Shown: positions 58,704 to 64,000 of the stretch, piece by piece
Position numbering within the stretch: the stretch's first letter is position 1
Layout: the number at the start of each line of letters is the position of its first letter
The notes under the pieces: model-generated
Told to the model about the DNA's origin: nothing
Databases searched by the model: none
Seen by the model: only the letters and a program-made list of their open reading frames with translations
Made by a program: the position numbers and the translations under genes
Assembly: GCA_965208835.1 (NCBI GenBank)
Contig: OZ242358.1
Location: 3,808,001 to 3,872,000, forward strand
DNA from: Candidatus Latescibacterota bacterium
GTDB lineage: Bacteria; Latescibacterota; UBA2968; GCA-2709665
Length of the DNA: 64,000 bases
Direction of reading: 5' to 3'

Positions 58704-58763
58704 TTGACATATCTGCCATCGAAGTGTATTATTTTTCATGCGATAATTTTATATATAAAACAA
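58704..58763 (+). promoter_or_regulatory. sigma70 promoter plus palindromic operator (copy 2), heme operon
   Basis: TTGACA-17-TATTAT, a 7-bp gap, then GCGATAATTTTATATATAAAACAA. Confidence 0.8.
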
Positions 58764-58915
58764 ACGCAGGTTCTACAAAACGATCGACGAATATGCAAAA
58801 CGGTCGCCTTGTATAAAGATCCACATCCAGACCAATGCTGATTCTCAACTGTGGAATCGGCAAACCACGTGGTTTGTACAGTTCCCATTAGCGCGCCGTT
58901 GTGCAGGAAATACCA

Positions 58916-59809
58916 ATGGTCGGACGCAGTCTTATCGTTCTGGTGTGGCTCATCCTCAGCGTGGCCCCGGTCACGCGGGCCGGCAATGTGGACGGCGAAG
59001 GCAGTCGCTCCACTGCCTCGCGCGTCGTATCTGTCGGCGGTTCGCTGACTGAAATCGTCTATGCCCTGGAGGCGACGGACGGATTGGTGGGAACCGATAC
59101 GTCCAGCGGGTACCCGGAAGCGGCTACCCGGCTGCCACAGGTGGGTTATCAGCGGCGGCTCTCCGCCGAGGGAGTGCTGTCACTCAACCCGACGCTGGTG
59201 TTGGCGACCGCCGACGCCGGCCCACCCGCGGCGATCGTGCAGATCAGGTCGGCCGGAGTGCCGGTCATGGTGGTGCCGAACGCACGAACCACCGATGGCG
59301 TCAAAGAGAAGATCCGTACAATCGCCAGGGCGCTGGACCGCGAGGAAAAAGGAGAGGAACTGGCGAGGAATCTCGAAGCGGACCTGCTGCTGGCGCGGGA
59401 GTTTGTCGCCACAGCGGAGGAAAAACCAAGAGTGCTCTTTATATACGCGAGGGGTCAGGGCACGATGATGGTATCGGGATCCGGTACGTCGGCACACACG
59501 ATGATCCAACTTGCGGGGGCGGTAAATGCCGTATCAGGATATGAGAATTACAAGCCGCTGACCGCTGAGGCGTTGGTGGCTGCTTCGCCCGACGTGATTC
59601 TCATGCTTACGTCGGGACTCGAAAGCCTCGGCGGCGTGGACGGCCTTCTCAAAACGCCGGGGCTCGTGCTCACACCGGCCGGACAAAATCGCCGGATCGT
59701 GGCCATGGACGGGCTTTATCTGCTTGGATTCGGCCCGCGTACGGGAAAGGCTGTGCTGGAACTGGCACGGAAATTCCATTCGGAGACAGGTGTTTCCGAG
59801 GATCAATAA
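58916..59809 (+). CDS. hmuT: Heme ABC transporter substrate-binding protein
   Basis: VSVGGSLTEIVYAL, D.SS.YP, VGYQRRLSAEGVLSL (heme Tyr), YKPL..E, LLGFGPR. Confidence 0.9.
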   Translation: MVGRSLIVLVWLILSVAPVTRAGNVDGEGSRSTASRVVSVGGSLTEIVYALEATDGLVGTDTSSGYPEAATRLPQVGYQRRLSAEGVLSLNPTLVLATADAGPPAAIVQIRSAGVPVMVVPNARTTDGVKEKIRTIARALDREEKGEELARNLEADLLLAREFVATAEEKPRVLFIYARGQGTMMVSGSGTSAHTMIQLAGAVNAVSGYENYKPLTAEALVAASPDVILMLTSGLESLGGVDGLLKTPGLVLTPAGQNRRIVAMDGLYLLGFGPRTGKAVLELARKFHSETGVSEDQ

Positions 59810-59810
59810 A

Positions 59811-60941
59811 GTGAGCGTCACCGACGAGATTTCGTCCCGCCAGATTCCAGAAACAGCCGATGGGGGTGTTGCTGCGGACCGACCGGACTGGCGGAAAAAT
59901 CGCGCAGCCATGGTTCTGTCGGGGTTGGGCGTGCTGCTGGCCGGGATGACGGTGGCATCCGTCGGTACAGGCGCGGTTGCCGCATCTCCGGGGCAGATTC
60001 TGGCCATCTTAGGCGAACGGATCGGCCTGTGGCTGCCCTGGACCTATCAGCCGCAGCAGGAAGCCGTTGTAACAGCAATTCGCCTTCCACGGGTGTTGCT
60101 GAACGTGCTTGTCGGCGCCGGACTATCAGTTTCCGGAGCGGCAATGCAGGGTCTCTTCCGCAATCCGCTTGCGGACCCTGGCCTGGTGGGCGTGTCCAGC
60201 GGTGCGGCTCTGGCGGCGGTCTCAGTAATTGTGCTGGGAGCTACCGTGCTGGAGGGTTTCTCTTCGGCGCTCGGACTGTTTACGCTTCCCCTTGCGGCGT
60301 TCGTCGGCAGCGGCGTAACCACGGTGATCGTTTACAGGCTCTCCAGCGTACAGGGACGTACCGTGGTTGCCACCATGCTGCTGGCAGGTATCGCCGTGAA
60401 CGCGCTGACCGGTTCGGTTACCGGCCTGCTGACCTTCGCGGCGACCGACGAGCAACTTCGAAATATCACCTTCTGGAGCCTGGGTAATATGGGTGGTGCT
60501 ACCTGGACATCGTTGGCCTCCGTGGCGCCCTTTATCCTGATCTCTGTCTGTCTTCTGGTCCGGTACGCAAGGCCTCTGAACGCCTTTCTGCTGGGAGAGG
60601 CCGAAGCGGGGCATCTCGGTGTGCCGGTTCAGCGCATGAAACGCGAGATCGTGGCATTAACCGCTTTGGCCGTTGGTGCGTCGGTCGCAGTCACTGGCAT
60701 TATCGGCTTCGTGGGCCTGGTCGTACCCCACCTGCTTCGCCTCACTGTGGGTCCCGATCACCGCTACGTGATGCCCGGTGCGGCTCTGCTCGGGGCGTCT
60801 CTCCTGATGGGGGCCGATCTCGCCGCACGCACGGTCGTAATGCCTGCCGAACTGCCCATCGGAATTGTGACGGCTATTGTCGGAGCGCCCTTTTTTCTGT
60901 ATCTGCTGCTGCGAAACAAACAGAAGATGCAACTGTTATGA
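59811..60941 (+). CDS. hmuU: Heme ABC transporter permease (FecCD family)
   Basis: IRLPR, QGLFRNPLADP..GVSSGA, LLGEAEA.HLG, IGFVGLVVPH, ELPIG. Confidence 0.92.
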   Translation: MSVTDEISSRQIPETADGGVAADRPDWRKNRAAMVLSGLGVLLAGMTVASVGTGAVAASPGQILAILGERIGLWLPWTYQPQQEAVVTAIRLPRVLLNVLVGAGLSVSGAAMQGLFRNPLADPGLVGVSSGAALAAVSVIVLGATVLEGFSSALGLFTLPLAAFVGSGVTTVIVYRLSSVQGRTVVATMLLAGIAVNALTGSVTGLLTFAATDEQLRNITFWSLGNMGGATWTSLASVAPFILISVCLLVRYARPLNAFLLGEAEAGHLGVPVQRMKREIVALTALAVGASVAVTGIIGFVGLVVPHLLRLTVGPDHRYVMPGAALLGASLLMGADLAARTVVMPAELPIGIVTAIVGAPFFLYLLLRNKQKMQLL

Positions 60942-61801
60942 TCGAAGCCGACGAAGTTTCTGTACATATCGGACGAAAAGCACTGCTGAATCGCGTCAGC
61001 ATCCAGGTACGACCGGGTGAAATCGTCGCCGTCGTGGGTCCCAACGGCTCGGGAAAGACCACGCTGTTCCGGGTGCTGTGCGGCGACCTGTCGCCTTCGA
61101 CCGGCTCGGTCTGGCTGGAGGGATGGTGCCTCGAGGACTGGGCATCGACCGAACAGGCCCGAAAACGCGCGGTGCTCCCGCAGACCGCCACACTCGATTT
61201 CCCGTTTACGGTTCTGGAGGTCGCGGTTATGGGCCGAATGCCTCACCTGGAGGGTTCCGAGGGCACGCGAGACTACGCGATTGCGCGCTCCGGCCTCGAC
61301 ATGGCGGGCGTCGGTGAACTGGAAGACAGGATATACCCCACGCTTTCGGGAGGTGAGCAGCAGCGGGTGCAGTTCGCGCGGGTTCTTACGCAAATCGGAG
61401 AGCAACCCTCGGACGGCCGGCGATATCTTCTGCTCGATGAGCCCACATCCAATCTCGATCTGGCGCACCAGCATCGGATTCTGTCCACTGCCCGCAACTT
61501 CGCCTGTGAGTCGACCGGCGTATTGGCGGTGGTCCACGACCTGAATCTGGCCGCCCAATACGCGGATCGCATCCTTGTTCTGAAGGATGGCGAAGAGCTC
61601 ACCACAGGTGGACCGGCGGAGGTGCTCACGGAGGGAGTCATTGAGCAGGCCTTCGAAGTCGGAGTACAGGTGATTCCGCACCCCGCACTGGACTGCCCGC
61701 TCATCGTTCCGCTTCCCGAGACTTCAGCGAAATCTAGAACCGCCCAAATTGCGGGCAGCGCGATATTCGGTCCTCAGGCAGGGACTTCGTTCGATAACTG
61801 A
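60938..61801 (+). CDS. hmuV: Heme ABC transporter ATP-binding protein
   Basis: GPNGSGKT, YPTLSGGEQQRVQFARVL.Q, LLLDEPT, HDLNLAA.YAD. Confidence 0.92.
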   Translation: MIEADEVSVHIGRKALLNRVSIQVRPGEIVAVVGPNGSGKTTLFRVLCGDLSPSTGSVWLEGWCLEDWASTEQARKRAVLPQTATLDFPFTVLEVAVMGRMPHLEGSEGTRDYAIARSGLDMAGVGELEDRIYPTLSGGEQQRVQFARVLTQIGEQPSDGRRYLLLDEPTSNLDLAHQHRILSTARNFACESTGVLAVVHDLNLAAQYADRILVLKDGEELTTGGPAEVLTEGVIEQAFEVGVQVIPHPALDCPLIVPLPETSAKSRTAQIAGSAIFGPQAGTSFDN

Positions 61802-61869
61802 CACGATTGACATATGCCGGGATCAGAAGTCTTGAAGCGAAGACAGCTTTGCTTTAATGGAGAAAATCG

Positions 61870-64000
61870 ATGTCACGCGTCAATTCGTCAGGTACGAAGA
61901 ATCAGGCCGCGCCATCGGAAACGGACGCCAGGCCGGGTGCGTGTCTTGTGACACGCTGTCTACTTAAGGGACTCAGGTATTCGGGATGGTTCGTGTTCCT
62001 GTGCTGCCTGTGCGGTTACGGCGTGGCGAACGACGATACCGGGCACATCGACGGCGTGGTGCAGACAGCAGGCGGCGTGCCCCTGGCCAATGTGAATGTG
62101 ATCGTCGCGAATACTCCGGCGGGAACCGTTTCTTCCGCCACCGGGCGGTTTTCAATGGTCGGCATACCTTCGGGTGAACGTACGGTGGTCGCAAGCCTCG
62201 TCGGCTATCGGAATGCCCGCCGCGAATTAAGCATTGTCGACAACACCGTTTCAAGGATTACAATCACTTTGACCCCGGAAACAACCGCACTCCCCGCGAT
62301 TGTCGTAACCGGAACCAGATCGGCGCAGCGCACTGAAGACACCCCCATCCGGACGCAGGTCGTCACCAGACGTGAAATTGACGACACGGGAGTGGTCGAT
62401 CTGGGAAGTCTGTTGTCCGAACAGACCGGGCTTGCCGTCATTTCCGATCACGGCACCGGCGTTCAGATGCAGGGGTTCGATCCCGATTATACGCTAATAC
62501 TGGTCGACGGCGAACCCATTATCGGACGCACAGCCGGAATCCTCGACCTGGACCGCTTCCTGGTGAGCAATCTCGAACAGGTCGAGATCGTAAAGGGTTC
62601 CACCTCCTCGCTCTACGGCAGCGAAGCTCTGGCGGGTGTGATCAATCTGATTACGCGCCTGCCTGAAAAGCCGTTCTCCGTTTCCATTCGCCCTCGATAC
62701 GGAACCTTTGGCGCCTTGAATTTCACCGGCGAACTGGAATCAAGGCAGCGGGAAGTCGGGATATCTCTCTTTGTGGACAGAAGCCGCAGCAACGGATACG
62801 ATCATACGCCGGAGACAGTCTCGCCGACCGCACCGGAATACGTCACCTATACCGCAAGTCCCAAAGTCGTCTATCAGCCGAACGACCTTGTAACGTTGTC
62901 CCTGACTGCCAGGGCTTTCCGCGAGAACCAGTACAGTCCGGAGGAGATCACGTCGCGCAGCGGAACCGTGCCCATTGACCGGGACGCACGTCTCACAGAC
63001 TGGAATATCAAACCCGGAATCGTCTTCCAATGGACGCCGAGCCTTCGAATAACCGGTAAGCTCTATACGGCAGGATACCACACCAGAAGCGAGCGGACCC
63101 GAAGCGATAACGGCGAAGCGTACGACCTGGCGACCTTCGACCAGGCCTACCACAAGGCGGAGTTACATGCCCGCTCGCTGATCGGGAAGACCAGCATTGT
63201 GACCCTCGGCGCCGGAGCGGTGTGGGAATCCGTAGAGGCCGACCGCATCACCGGCGGGCGCCAAACCTCACGGAACGCCTTCGCCTTTCTCCAGGAAGAG
63301 TGGTTGCCGGCGACATGGCTCGACGTTGTCGTCAGCGCGCGTGTGGATGCGCACAGCGATTATGCGACCCGAGTGAGCCCGAAAGCCGCCCTGCTCGTTA
63401 AGACACTGCCGTGGCTGCATCTGCGCGGGTCCATAGGTAGCGGCTTCAAGGCGCCTACGTTTCAACAGCTGTACCTGGATTTCACGAATCCTTCGGTCGG
63501 ATACTCCGTACTCGGTTCCACGTATGTCCGCGAGGGAATGGCCGCGTTTCAGGACGAAGGTCAGATTGCCGGCGTTCTGCAGAACGCCGAAACCCTGGAG
63601 CAAATTCGCGCGGAAAGCGCCGTCTCGTTCAACACGGGCATTGAAATCGCGCCTGGAAGACGCGCGTCCGCCAGCTTCAACTTCTTTCATAACAACATGA
63701 AGGATCTCATCGAGGCTTCGCCGATTGCGCGAAAGAAGAGCGGCCAGAGCGTATACACGTATTTCAATCTCAACCGCGTCTTCACACGCGGTATGGAAAG
63801 TGAATTCAAGATACGCATTTCCAGGGAGGCCGGGTTTTCGGCGGGCTATCAATACCTGGTTACCGGAGACAGGGACATACTCGACAGACTCCACGAAGGC
63901 AAGGTAGTAACGGTGGATTCGGAGACCAACAAGCTCCGCCGCGTCGAGACCTCCGAATATGGCGGCCTCTTCAATCGCTCGACCCACACTGCCACGCTCC
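61870..64000 (+). CDS. TonB-dependent receptor (heme/iron-complex), runs off the window edge
   Basis: Hand translation from ATG 61870 (RBS GGAG): carboxypeptidase-like N-domain (G.V..A.G.PLANVNV), IVVTGTRS, plug YTLILVDGEP...VEIVKGSTSSLYGSEALAGVINLIT, GFKAPTFQQLYLDFTNP. Confidence 0.9.
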   Translation, partial: MSRVNSSGTKNQAAPSETDARPGACLVTRCLLKGLRYSGWFVFLCCLCGYGVANDDTGHIDGVVQTAGGVPLANVNVIVANTPAGTVSSATGRFSMVGIPSGERTVVASLVGYRNARRELSIVDNTVSRITITLTPETTALPAIVVTGTRSAQRTEDTPIRTQVVTRREIDDTGVVDLGSLLSEQTGLAVISDHGTGVQMQGFDPDYTLILVDGEPIIGRTAGILDLDRFLVSNLEQVEIVKGSTSSLYGSEALAGVINLITRLPEKPFSVSIRPRYGTFGALNFTGELESRQREVGISLFVDRSRSNGYDHTPETVSPTAPEYVTYTASPKVVYQPNDLVTLSLTARAFRENQYSPEEITSRSGTVPIDRDARLTDWNIKPGIVFQWTPSLRITGKLYTAGYHTRSERTRSDNGEAYDLATFDQAYHKAELHARSLIGKTSIVTLGAGAVWESVEADRITGGRQTSRNAFAFLQEEWLPATWLDVVVSARVDAHSDYATRVSPKAALLVKTLPWLHLRGSIGSGFKAPTFQQLYLDFTNPSVGYSVLGSTYVREGMAAFQDEGQIAGVLQNAETLEQIRAESAVSFNTGIEIAPGRRASASFNFFHNNMKDLIEASPIARKKSGQSVYTYFNLNRVFTRGMESEFKIRISREAGFSAGYQYLVTGDRDILDRLHEGKVVTVDSETNKLRRVETSEYGGLFNRSTHTATL

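Noticed and set aside
61807-61835. Third TTGACA promoter before the TonB receptor
   Set aside because: No -10 element at 16-18 bp and no operator copy.
1-64000. CRISPR arrays, tRNA/rRNA, transposases, Sec/Pyl recoding
   Set aside because: I noticed no spaced direct repeats, RNA-gene signatures, DDE/HUH ORFs or interrupted conserved frames by eye.

Overview
A GC-rich bacterial chromosomal window that is almost entirely coding, with no rRNA, tRNA, CRISPR array, transposase or prophage gene that I can see. It holds housekeeping genes (prs, a truC-like synthase, nagB, an ACP, mqnB/mqnD, queF, kbl, pdxJ, mmsA/iolA). It also holds many catabolic paralogs: 4 PhyH-type Fe/2OG enzymes, 3 Gfo/Idh/MocA oxidoreductases, 3 enolase-superfamily enzymes, a sulfatase, an Asp-box protein and MFS transporters. 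A heme-uptake locus (hmuTUV plus a TonB receptor) ends the window. This gene mix and a C-terminal GDFDGDGDVDFDDF tag suggest a Latescibacterota/Gemmatimonadota-like organism, possibly host- or sponge-associated (inference only). The intergenic DNA carries two MITE families, a GTAG-type REP and two inverted heptamer-repeat elements. The best leads are: (1) an MLE-subgroup epimerase/GH3 acyl-amido synthetase operon facing an atypical P450; (2) a translationally coupled pair of an inactive and an active QueF; (3) two PhyH proteins lacking the facial-triad carboxylate (halogenase-like); (4) a duplicated promoter/operator with an unfamiliar palindrome driving the heme operon and a small uncharacterised two-repeat protein; (5) a plant-type TrpD-like protein; (6) an atypical ACP paired with Re-citrate synthase. 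Family assignments come from motif recognition and recall, not from database searches.
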